A DNA stretch of 40,536 nucleotides from IMG/VR virus record IMGVR_UViG_3300037462_000269, positions 1 to 40,536 of that record; one strand, written 5' to 3'. Positions 1 to 6,505 of this stretch are shown one piece after another. Below the pieces are notes generated by a model that was not told the origin of the DNA, searched no databases, and saw nothing but the letters and a program-made list of their open reading frames with translations. A program made the position numbers and the translations under genes. Origin of the DNA: a virus. Its lineage: Duplodnaviria > Caudoviricetes. The stretch's first letter is position 1. Each line of letters starts with the position of its first letter.

Positions 1-127
1 AGTGGCGTCGCCGCTCGCAAGGCAAGGGCTATAAATTTTGCCACTTTTTCTGGCGTCGGAAACAGGTCGTTAAGCACCGGCTTTAGGGCCGCTACCTTGG
101 CTTGGTAGGTTGCTGGTGCTGGTGCTG
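1..127. repeat. Terminal direct repeat, copy 1 (circular-assembly overlap)
   Basis: Bases 1-127 are identical to 40410-40536; 127 is a common assembler k-mer size; an ORF reads through the junction. Confidence 0.97.
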
Positions 128-143
128 TTGTGTTGGGTTGCAT
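1..143 (-). CDS. recT: 5' part of RecT-like ssDNA annealing protein (continues at 40409..39638)
   Basis: ATG at 143 gives MQPNTTAPAPATYQAKVAALKPVLNDLFPTPEK, in frame with the 39638..40486 ORF across the junction; AC-rich leader. Confidence 0.85.
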   Translation of the reverse strand, partial: MQPNTTAPAPATYQAKVAALKPVLNDLFPTPEKVAKFIALALRAATP

Positions 144-161
144 ATTGATAAGGGGTTTGGG

Positions 162-398
162 TTAAAGGTACTCAAAATCAACGTCGTAACCTACGGATTC
201 GCGCTCTATCTGGCGGATCATGCCAAGCGGAAAGTATCCCAAAAACTTGCCGTACATACGTCCTAAGTAGTCCGATTTAGTAACGATATACCGGCGGTCA
301 AAGTAGTCAAAGTATAGACCGTGGTGATCCAGCTTGCCATTCCAACGAAGCTCAACATACCACTGGCCTCGTGAGCGGTATTGGATGCAGTCTAACAT
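162..398 (-). CDS. Hypothetical protein
   Basis: 78 aa ORF, co-oriented and overlapping the upstream stop. Confidence 0.6.
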   Translation of the reverse strand: MLDCIQYRSRGQWYVELRWNGKLDHHGLYFDYFDRRYIVTKSDYLGRMYGKFLGYFPLGMIRQIERESVGYDVDFEYL

Positions 399-799
399 AG
401 CCCTACATCCGGGTCATAGCCCATAAGCCAGTCGGCAAAGCGCAGCAGTTGGGTTTCGGGCAGACAGTTAATCCAGTCAATGTCGTGGGACTGGTACCAA
501 GTGTCAACTATTGGTTGACCGTTGTGATCTGCTCCAAGGCATTGATCCAGCCATTCGCCAGGGCCACCGCCCCAGCGAAAAATGTCGGCGTCGTTGAAGT
601 AGATGTACCCGCCGTCCAAGTACGTCGTTTCGTAGCCGGGTATCTTGCCAGCGGCGTCAAATGCGACGGTAAGCCGGTACGGCAAGCCCTCGTGCTCACC
701 ACTGTAAGTGTCGTCAACGTCGATTACGTCAACGACAAACAACTTGCGCCAAATCGCCCACACCTCACGGTGTTCAGGGGTTATCTTGGTTGTTTCCAT
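392..799 (-). CDS. Hypothetical acidic protein
   Basis: 135 aa; ATG only 5 nt after a GTAACC-N16-CGTATAA motif, so probably near-leaderless. Confidence 0.7.
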   Translation of the reverse strand: METTKITPEHREVWAIWRKLFVVDVIDVDDTYSGEHEGLPYRLTVAFDAAGKIPGYETTYLDGGYIYFNDADIFRWGGGPGEWLDQCLGADHNGQPIVDTWYQSHDIDWINCLPETQLLRFADWLMGYDPDVGLC

Positions 800-804
800 A
801 CCGG

Positions 805-833
805 TTATACGGGGTTGTCGCCCGGCGGGTTAC
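805..833 (-). promoter_or_regulatory. ECF-like phage promoter motif GTAACC-N16-CGTATAA
   Basis: One of seven copies, all oriented toward a gene start. Confidence 0.65.
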
Positions 834-1302
834 AGAGTTCGACGATTTTTTGCAGGATTTTTTCCGTGTGCGCCGCTTGCTCAGGCAATGGGTTTTTAGT
901 CGAGTTGGCGTAGTGCAAGATCGTTGAGTGATCCCGGTTAAGCGCACGGCCAATGTCGCTGTATGTACAGTCCAATTTTCTGAGGGCAGTAATAAGGGCG
1001 TAGCGGTATGTAACCAAGTGTTGCGACCTATTGTTGCTTATGATCGCAGCGGCGGTTGTCTCACCATAGAGGGCCACCAGTGCATCGTACAGCACATACA
1101 ACGGGCCACGTGGGGAATCTGGCGGGCAGTCTATTGATGCTTGCTCGACATCCTGCAATAGCTTGCGCTCATAATCAAGCACCTCTTGTGCATCAGCAAG
1201 CCGCCCCGTCAGAATGTCCACCTTTTTTTCCTGTTGCCTTACGCGCTCTCTTGCAGCTTGTAAGTCGCGCAAAATCATGCGCTTACGGTAGTTGTCAATC
1301 AT
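805..1302 (-). CDS. Coiled-coil protein with DnaA C-terminal-like HTH
   Basis: TYSDIGRALNRDHSTILHY resembles the DnaA domain IV HTH (IG..F.RDHSTV.H); start reassigned to MIDNY. Confidence 0.65.
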   Translation of the reverse strand: MIDNYRKRMILRDLQAARERVRQQEKKVDILTGRLADAQEVLDYERKLLQDVEQASIDCPPDSPRGPLYVLYDALVALYGETTAAAIISNNRSQHLVTYRYALITALRKLDCTYSDIGRALNRDHSTILHYANSTKNPLPEQAAHTEKILQKIVELCNPPGDNPV

Positions 1303-1321
1303 GTTGATAAGGGTTGTAGTA

Positions 1322-2068
1322 CTACAATTGTGTTGTGTTTTCCAAGTCCTGCACCGTTGGCGCACCATCCAAGCGGCTTTTATACGTCGCCCGGATGCTC
1401 TCTTTCAGGCCCAAGGCCATAGGCCCGGCAGCTGACTCTAATACCTGCAACACGCCGTTGCGGGCGGCTTCGGCGCGGGCATTTTCGGCGGCAGCAAACT
1501 CAGGGTCTGTGGCCAATCGATGCTCGTAAGCGGCCCGCTTTTCGGCCTGCAAAGCCTTTTTGGCCTCTATCTCGGCTTGCCTTTCCGCAGCAGCAACGTC
1601 GGCCATGAACCGCTCAAATGCTTGGCTTATACTGTCAACCCCGATCGTGTACAGGTCACGGTGGTTGCCCTTGGCGTCCATCAGGTAGGTGCTGGGCGAC
1701 CTGGAAAAATCGCGGAAAAACGTGACAACGTCGCCCAAGGTTGGGGCAGTCCGGTGGTCTACGATTACTTCGGCGGCCAGTATGGCGGCCTCAGGGGTAC
1801 ATTCACGGCCCAAGGCGGCGGCAAAGCGTAGCACCATACCAGATACCTCTCGGATGTAATCCAAACGCGTCATTTCTGGCCCGAACAACTGGCGGACGGG
1901 CACAAGGTACCCGTGCGCACGCGCAATACCAAGCCGCTGAGCGTTAAGCGGCTTATTGGCCTGAGCCCGTGCCACCAACCCTCTCTGCGAGGATGCGGTC
2001 AACTGCGGCGGCGCTTGCTGCATTTGCTTTGCCGACGCGGGTTGTAGGCTGTTGTTGCTGTTGCTCAT
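1322..2068 (-). CDS. Hypothetical protein, possible replication/helicase-loader partner
   Basis: Long helical ORF directly after and overlapping the HTH gene; function inferred from position only. Confidence 0.55.
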   Translation of the reverse strand: MSNSNNSLQPASAKQMQQAPPQLTASSQRGLVARAQANKPLNAQRLGIARAHGYLVPVRQLFGPEMTRLDYIREVSGMVLRFAAALGRECTPEAAILAAEVIVDHRTAPTLGDVVTFFRDFSRSPSTYLMDAKGNHRDLYTIGVDSISQAFERFMADVAAAERQAEIEAKKALQAEKRAAYEHRLATDPEFAAAENARAEAARNGVLQVLESAAGPMALGLKESIRATYKSRLDGAPTVQDLENTTQL

Positions 2069-2615
2069 GTTTCGCGCGTTGTGCCTTATACGTGGCAATG
2101 ATTTTGGCAGCGTTGTTGCCCACCCAGCGCATATTGACTGAGTTTTCGGCGGTAAAGGTGTCCAGTTGTGCGGTCAGCCGTAAGCCCTTGTAAAAGTAGT
2201 CAACCAATACGGCGGGCGTTACGTCAGCGTCTTTGGCCTTTTGGACCTTGTGCAGGTAGTCAGCCAGCGAGCGGACTGCGGTGTTTTCTGCGGCATTGCG
2301 CTGCCACGGGCCGCCAGTTACCTCCTCAACGTACTCAGTGTGGGCCGATACAATCGCCTTAACGTAGGGGGCCAGCAAGTCAACCTTTTCGGCCTTCGGG
2401 GCCTTGGGTTTGGCGGCAGGCTTGCGTAGCTGCACCGTGTCCCCGCGACGGCCACCGGGGCCGGGATACACAACAAATACGTCGGGGTGCTGGGCTACAA
2501 TGCGGCGTACTTGCTCGGCAAACAATCCAGTGGCCCGGCCTATTGCCCGGAAAGAGGGCGGGTCTGCGGTCTGTACGGCAGCCTTAATGGCCGCCAAGCG
2601 TTCTGTTTTGTCCAT
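1953..2615 (-). CDS. HTH DNA-binding protein, possible replication initiator
   Basis: N-terminal PSFRAIGRATGLFAEQVRRIV HTH-like segment, Lys/Pro linker, helical C-terminal domain. Confidence 0.55.
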   Translation of the reverse strand: MDKTERLAAIKAAVQTADPPSFRAIGRATGLFAEQVRRIVAQHPDVFVVYPGPGGRRGDTVQLRKPAAKPKAPKAEKVDLLAPYVKAIVSAHTEYVEEVTGGPWQRNAAENTAVRSLADYLHKVQKAKDADVTPAVLVDYFYKGLRLTAQLDTFTAENSVNMRWVGNNAAKIIATYKAQRAKHEQQQQQPTTRVGKANAASAAAVDRILAERVGGTGSGQ

Positions 2616-2640
2616 AGTATGCGCCAGTGGGTTAGTCCGG

Positions 2641-2680
2641 CACCCGAAAACCCCGCCTTGTTAGGGCGGGGCAGCGGGGC
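2641..2680 (-). terminator. Repeated hairpin/U-tract element, copy 1
   Basis: CCCCGCC-CTAACAA-GGCGGGG followed by TTTTCGGGTG on the minus strand; similar to 2987-3028. Confidence 0.55.
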
Positions 2681-2691
2681 CTTGTTAGCGC

Positions 2692-2967
2692 TTACCAGAT
2701 TGCCTTGGATTTTAGGTGCTCAGGGACGTATATGTCCGGGCGGCAGCCACGCAAGTCGAGCCAGCCGCCAACGCTAAGGCCGTCCGGCAGGGCGGTAAGC
2801 GCCGTGCAGCCGCCCAAGTCGAGCGAGCCGCCAACGCTAAGGCCATCCGGCAGGGCGGTAAGCGCCGTGCAGCCGCCCAAGTCGAGCGAGCCGTCCACGG
2901 TATGGCTGTTCGGCAGGGGCGGCAATTTGCCGTCCACAAGGTCTGCGTTTTTAAGGGTAATGTTCAT
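2692..2967 (-). CDS. Small leucine-rich-repeat protein
   Basis: 21-aa repeats SLDLGGCTALTALPDGLSVGG. Confidence 0.8.
   Translation of the reverse strand: MNITLKNADLVDGKLPPLPNSHTVDGSLDLGGCTALTALPDGLSVGGSLDLGGCTALTALPDGLSVGGWLDLRGCRPDIYVPEHLKSKAIW
2752..2893. repeat. 63-bp tandem repeat, about 2.3 near-identical copies
   Basis: Units start with caagtcgag at 2752, 2815 and 2878. Confidence 0.92.
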
Positions 2968-2986
2968 AGGGGTTTGGGGTTGTGTT

Positions 2987-3028
2987 CACCCCAAAACCCC
3001 GGCCTTGTTTCAGAGCCGGGGCAGGGGC
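2987..3028 (-). terminator. Repeated hairpin/U-tract element, copy 2
   Basis: CCCCGGC-TCTGAAACAAG-GCCGGGG followed by TTTTGGGGTG on the minus strand. Confidence 0.55.
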
Positions 3029-3038
3029 AACGCCTATA

Positions 3039-3215
3039 CTATACCTGTTTGCACCAAGTGTCGTAGTCGTCGTGGCTTTCGAAGGCGTGCCAGCCTCCGT
3101 CAACCTCTACGATAACTGCTGCCCAAGGGGCAACCTGTTTGGCCGCTTCAAGCGTGGCGGCGGATTCTTGACCCTCTTGGGCGTTTTCGGGGGTGGGAAT
3201 GAATTGATTGCGCAT
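3039..3215 (-). CDS. Small hypothetical protein, 58 aa (not in ORF track)
   Basis: MRNQFIPTPENAQEGQESAATLEAAKQVAPWAAVIVEVDGGWHAFESHDDYDTWCKQV; fills the gap downstream of a promoter motif. Confidence 0.75.
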   Translation of the reverse strand: MRNQFIPTPENAQEGQESAATLEAAKQVAPWAAVIVEVDGGWHAFESHDDYDTWCKQV

Positions 3216-3267
3216 GACCGCTATTGCCAGTGTTGGGGTTAGAGCGACTGGCGGCGCTTGTTATAGG

Positions 3268-3295
3268 TTATACGGCACGCAGGCCGTAGGGTTAC
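3268..3295 (-). promoter_or_regulatory. ECF-like phage promoter motif GTAACC-N15-CGTATAA
   Basis: Intergenic copy of the repeated motif. Confidence 0.7.
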
Positions 3296-3296
3296 A

Positions 3297-3845
3297 CTAG
3301 GCGGCAAAAATCTGCGAAAAATCTGCGTGCTCCGGGCGATAGGCAACACCCAAGTTGCGGGCGATCTTGCCAGTGGCGGCAAGGTAGTTTCCAGCGCGGC
3401 GGATGATCTCGCGCTTAGCCTCGTTGCCAGCGGCCTTTGCTACGGCCCAAGCGGTTTTGAGGGCTTGGCTCATCGTCATACCCTTGCGGCGCAGGCCGTG
3501 GGCGGCACGCATTACGTCGGCTTTGGTGTAGCTTTTGGCGGGGGCAGCAGTAGGAGCGGCGGTAGTCTCTTCGGCAACCACGGCGGCAGGCTCGGCAACC
3601 GGGGCGGTAAGAGCAGCGGCGGCGGCTTCGCCAGCAGCTTGGATCATGCTCTCGTCGCGGCGGGTGCTCGATACCACCTTGCCACTGGTCAGGTCGTAGT
3701 AACCAGCGGCGCGGCCTTTGTGATCGTTAACGTACAGGCGGCGGGCTACACCGTCCTTAACCCACAGTTTGGCGGTATAGATGTCGCTCTTGGTGATAGT
3801 GGCTTGGGCGGCAGTTTCGGCGGCGGTGATGGTGGTAGCTTGCAT
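3297..3845 (-). CDS. Probable immediate-early hypothetical two-domain protein
   Basis: First gene after a Bacteroidota-type promoter; two domains joined by an Ala/Pro/Thr linker; start reassigned to MQATT. Confidence 0.75.
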   Translation of the reverse strand: MQATTITAAETAAQATITKSDIYTAKLWVKDGVARRLYVNDHKGRAAGYYDLTSGKVVSSTRRDESMIQAAGEAAAAALTAPVAEPAAVVAEETTAAPTAAPAKSYTKADVMRAAHGLRRKGMTMSQALKTAWAVAKAAGNEAKREIIRRAGNYLAATGKIARNLGVAYRPEHADFSQIFAA

Positions 3846-3881
3846 CGTAGTGGCGTTGGGTGTTGCTGAATGATTATGGTA

Positions 3882-3912
3882 CAAATATAGGGCGTTATGT
3901 AACTCGTGTCAA
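3882..3912 (-). promoter_or_regulatory. Bacteroidota housekeeping-type promoter, leftward
   Basis: TTG-N20-TATATTTG matches the -33/-7 TAnnTTTG consensus. Confidence 0.75.
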
Positions 3913-4030
3913 TAGCCGTTACACAAATTGTGACAATATTTTTTGCAATTTGGCCTAAATGCATGATATTGAGGCAGTAAAATTTGTGTCGCTATCCGTT
4001 ACGCAAAGCGTTATGCAATCCGTTACAAGC
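3893..4030. repeat. Two arrays of 12-bp-periodic CGTTAY repeats flanking an AT-rich tract (operator or iteron candidate)
   Basis: CGTTA at 3893, 3917, 3997, 4009 and 4021; degenerate units at 3905 and 3929. Confidence 0.55.
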
Positions 4031-4048
4031 CCATTATATAAGGAGCAT

Positions 4049-4103
4049 CCAAAGTGGTCGAATTTGACCACTTTGACCAGTTATCCGGCATTCCCGGATA
4101 ACT
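4049..4103. repeat. Two adjacent perfect inverted repeats between AGGAGCATC direct repeats
   Basis: CAAAGTGGTC-N6-GACCACTTTG and CAGTTATCCGG-N5-CCGGATAACTG. Confidence 0.85.
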
Positions 4104-4155
4104 GACTATATTTAGGAGCATCTGAGAGCGGCCAGACCGTGGGTAGGATGCCTCC

Positions 4156-4177
4156 GGGGCCTTTGTGCCCCTTTTTT
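4156..4177 (+). terminator. Intrinsic terminator candidate
   Basis: GGGGC-CTTTGT-GCCCC followed by a T run. Confidence 0.55.
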
Positions 4178-4178
4178 G

Positions 4179-4209
4179 TTTGCTTTTGAGCAATACACCA
4201 GTATATTTG
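4179..4209 (+). promoter_or_regulatory. Bacteroidota housekeeping-type promoter, rightward 1
   Basis: TTTG-N19-TATATTTG. Confidence 0.75.
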
Positions 4210-4213
4210 CAGT

Positions 4214-4387
4214 GCTTTACGGCTAAGAGTAATACGCCCGGCAGGCGGATAATCCCCGCACACTTGCTGGGCTTTTTCTGAGCAAACGGCCTGACGGCCA
4301 ACAATATAACGTCCTCCGGGGTGTGGGAACTTACGAGGACGGGCTTGACCGCCACATACCGCCTACCGTTGCAGGCGGTATTTTTTT
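4214..4387 (+). ncRNA. Candidate structured small RNA of about 170 nt
   Basis: Lies between a promoter and a terminator, contains no ATG, and has several stems including G-U pairs. Confidence 0.5.
4356..4387 (+). terminator. Intrinsic terminator
   Basis: ATACCGCCT-N8-AGGCGGTAT followed by a T run. Confidence 0.75.
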
Positions 4388-4397
4388 GCCCCTCATA

Positions 4398-4427
4398 TTG
4401 ACTTGTGGCAACTCTGGCCTATATTTG
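4398..4427 (+). promoter_or_regulatory. Bacteroidota housekeeping-type promoter, rightward 2
   Basis: TTG-N19-TATATTTG. Confidence 0.7.
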
Positions 4428-4431
4428 CAGC

Positions 4432-4690
4432 ACCCACCCCCCGATAGCCACGGAAAGACCGAAGTCTTACCTTACTATTGGAGTTGTTACCAGACCAAGT
4501 GCGCACGCGGTCTGCCTTTGCCCCACGCTGCAAAACGACATAGCGGCGAATGGGTAAGGGGGATTATGGTCGGCAGTCGCCTCCCTAGTCTAGTAACCCT
4601 CCCCCTCCAGCTCTGGAATCCCGAAGGTTACCCTTAACCGGACAGTAAGAGAGCCAAGATCAAGACCTAAGTCAGGTGTCTTTGGTCAAA
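4432..4690 (+). ncRNA. Candidate multi-stem RNA or long structured leader of about 260 nt
   Basis: Series of hairpins after the promoter; no credible ORF. Confidence 0.4.
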
Positions 4691-4734
4691 AATCAGCTAT
4701 TTGGGCAAAATCAGGCAAAAATCTTGCAAACCGC

Positions 4735-4761
4735 GTAACCTTGCCGCTGCGCTTGCGTATA
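4735..4761 (+). promoter_or_regulatory. ECF-like phage promoter motif GTAACC-N15-CGTATA
   Basis: Upstream of the plus-strand gene block and preceded by A-tracts. Confidence 0.65.
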
Positions 4762-4792
4762 CGCGGTACATGCTAACCACAACAACTACTCC

Positions 4793-4943
4793 ATGACCGC
4801 CACACTACACAACGCCGACTGCCTACACGTCCTGCGCACAAGCGCTGGCCCAAAGCCGGATTGGGTCTACGCCCTTCAACGTGCCCAACGCCACGCCAAA
4901 AAAGGGGCCAGAAAAAGACAAAAGCCAGCCTACCCTGTTCTAA
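4793..4943 (+). pseudogene. Internally deleted N4/N6 DNA methyltransferase relic
   Basis: MTATLHNADCLHVLRT (MTase-like N-terminus) joined out of frame to ALAQSRI...QPTLF* (MTase-like C-terminus). Confidence 0.5.
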
Positions 4944-4945
4944 GC

Positions 4946-5349
4946 ATGACCCACCCCTACTAACCCGCGCCCTTGCCGATGCTGCTGAGGCCAACTTGCC
5001 AAGCTATGTTACCGACGCAATGCACGCCTTTTGGGCAGCAGGGTGGCGGCCAAAGTATAGCCCTGAAGCTACGGACTGGTGGTGTCAGTGGCAGTGGCCA
5101 AAGCGGTGCCGTAACAGGTACGATATTGTACTATACGATGATAACGGCGATTACCAGATATGGCTGTACAGCCACGATTTTGGCATACAGCACACAGAAT
5201 CTTTGCAGACCGCCAATTTGCCCAAGCTACTGGAGGCATTTGCTTACGAGCTAAGCAACCCAAGCGCGCCAAAGCCAGCCCGATTAGGCAAAGGGCACAG
5301 ACGCGTCAGAAAACATCGTAAGTTACACCAAACCAAACCCTTGAGATGA
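4946..5349 (+). CDS. Hypothetical protein; start uncertain, possibly frameshifted
   Basis: ATG at 4946 is one base out of frame with the long ORF; in-frame alternatives are TTG 4996 and ATG 5020. Confidence 0.55.
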
Positions 5350-5954
5350 TTTTCAATCCTTACCTACCCCCATCCGGGGAACAAATCCGCTACTGGTCGA
5401 AAGAGGCCGAACGCCGCATTGCCGCAGGCGAGCCTTTGGACGGCATACCCTTTGCCGTTATCGGCACAGTTGACGACCGCCAATTTGGCCACAATACAGT
5501 AGACCTGACGCTGGGCCGGTACATCAACCAACCCGTCCAAGGCAGAACTGGTGTACGAGGCGGTTACACAACCGTTGACTTGCACGACGGCCCTCACCAC
5601 ATGGTGCCGGGCAATTTTTGCCTGCCGATCACAAACGAGATCATCTACTGTGGTATGTGGCCACAACTTTGTATCGGCTGGCAAGCCCAAGTATCTGACA
5701 CAAGTACCCACGCCCGGCGTGGCGGATCAAGCCACGCACATGCTGGCTACGTTGACGTCGGGTTTTACAACCACCTCACGTTAGAGGAGCGTCCGGCACT
5801 ACCGTTGGCCCTGCGCCTTGGCATGGTCACCTGCCAAATCGCATTCCAGCCCGTCAACCTTGGCACGGTGTACCCGGTCCAGGGCAATATCTACCAAGAG
5901 CGCACGGGCATTGCCCCAATCCCCAAAGCCCACAAAATATACTTGCCGAAATGA
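5346..5954 (+). CDS. dcd: dCTP deaminase / trimeric dUTPase-family protein
   Basis: VDLTLG, STHARRG, GYVDVGF..LTLE, CQIAF and YQ motifs. Confidence 0.8.
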   Translation: MIFNPYLPPSGEQIRYWSKEAERRIAAGEPLDGIPFAVIGTVDDRQFGHNTVDLTLGRYINQPVQGRTGVRGGYTTVDLHDGPHHMVPGNFCLPITNEIIYCGMWPQLCIGWQAQVSDTSTHARRGGSSHAHAGYVDVGFYNHLTLEERPALPLALRLGMVTCQIAFQPVNLGTVYPVQGNIYQERTGIAPIPKAHKIYLPK

Positions 5955-6190
5955 GCCGCGACAAATACGCCACCCTAAAGGCCAACCTTAAGACCTACAT
6001 GCACGCCCAAGGTTATGCCACTATTGCCGACCTGAGTGTGGCCGTTGCCAAGCAATTGCCGGGGCAGGTATCGCCTGCCTACGTCACAGACGTCCTGACG
6101 GAATCCGGTAACGCTGACCTTGTGTCGGTAACCCTCACGCACAACATCTGGCGGACAACCGCCGAGCTATTGGCTTTTGATGTTGACTAA
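5951..6190 (+). CDS. Small hypothetical protein, possibly HTH-like
   Basis: ATGA overlap with dcd; helical pattern. Confidence 0.6.
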   Translation: MSRDKYATLKANLKTYMHAQGYATIADLSVAVAKQLPGQVSPAYVTDVLTESGNADLVSVTLTHNIWRTTAELLAFDVD

Positions 6191-6208
6191 AAAAAGTTGA
6201 CAGAAACC

Positions 6209-6237
6209 GTAACCCTGACACTGGCGCTGCCGTATAA
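6209..6237 (+). promoter_or_regulatory. ECF-like phage promoter motif GTAACC-N16-CGTATAA
   Basis: Intergenic, 19 nt before ATG 6257. Confidence 0.72.
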
Positions 6238-6256
6238 CCCCTAAACACCCAACACC

Positions 6257-6505
6257 ATGCACTGGAAACCAATTTCTGAGCTTACCCCAGACGTCGAGTG
6301 GGCGTGGCTCAAAACCCAAGAAGACGGTAAGGATTATACTTACGTCGGCTATATCCATCACATGTACGACGTGCTATTTGATGGCGATCCAGTAACAAGC
6401 CGAATGATTAGCTGCGGCGAACATCATTTTGCCACCAAGCGGCGCATACGCCCTACCCATTTTTGTCCCATCGATCCCCCAAAAAATGGGCTCCGCAATG
6501 CCTAA
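6257..6505 (+). CDS. DUF551-like small phage protein
   Basis: MHWKPISEL start and PTHFCPIDPP end pattern. Confidence 0.65.
   Translation: MHWKPISELTPDVEWAWLKTQEDGKDYTYVGYIHHMYDVLFDGDPVTSRMISCGEHHFATKRRIRPTHFCPIDPPKNGLRNA

Noticed and set aside
1-127. Biological terminal repeat or att site
   Set aside because: Its length equals a common assembly k-mer and it falls inside recT; best explained as circularisation overlap
2752-2893. CRISPR array or DGR template/variable repeat pair
   Set aside because: Contiguous in-frame coding repeats with no spacers; no adenine-specific pattern; no RT or cas gene seen
4023-4637. ORFs 4023..4355(-) and 4323..4637(+)
   Set aside because: Non-ATG starts, they cross promoters and terminators, and have no protein-like features
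5620-5630. Third copy of the late leader (GCCTGCCGATC)
   Set aside because: Only 11 nt, inside dcd and antisense to it, without the flanking elements
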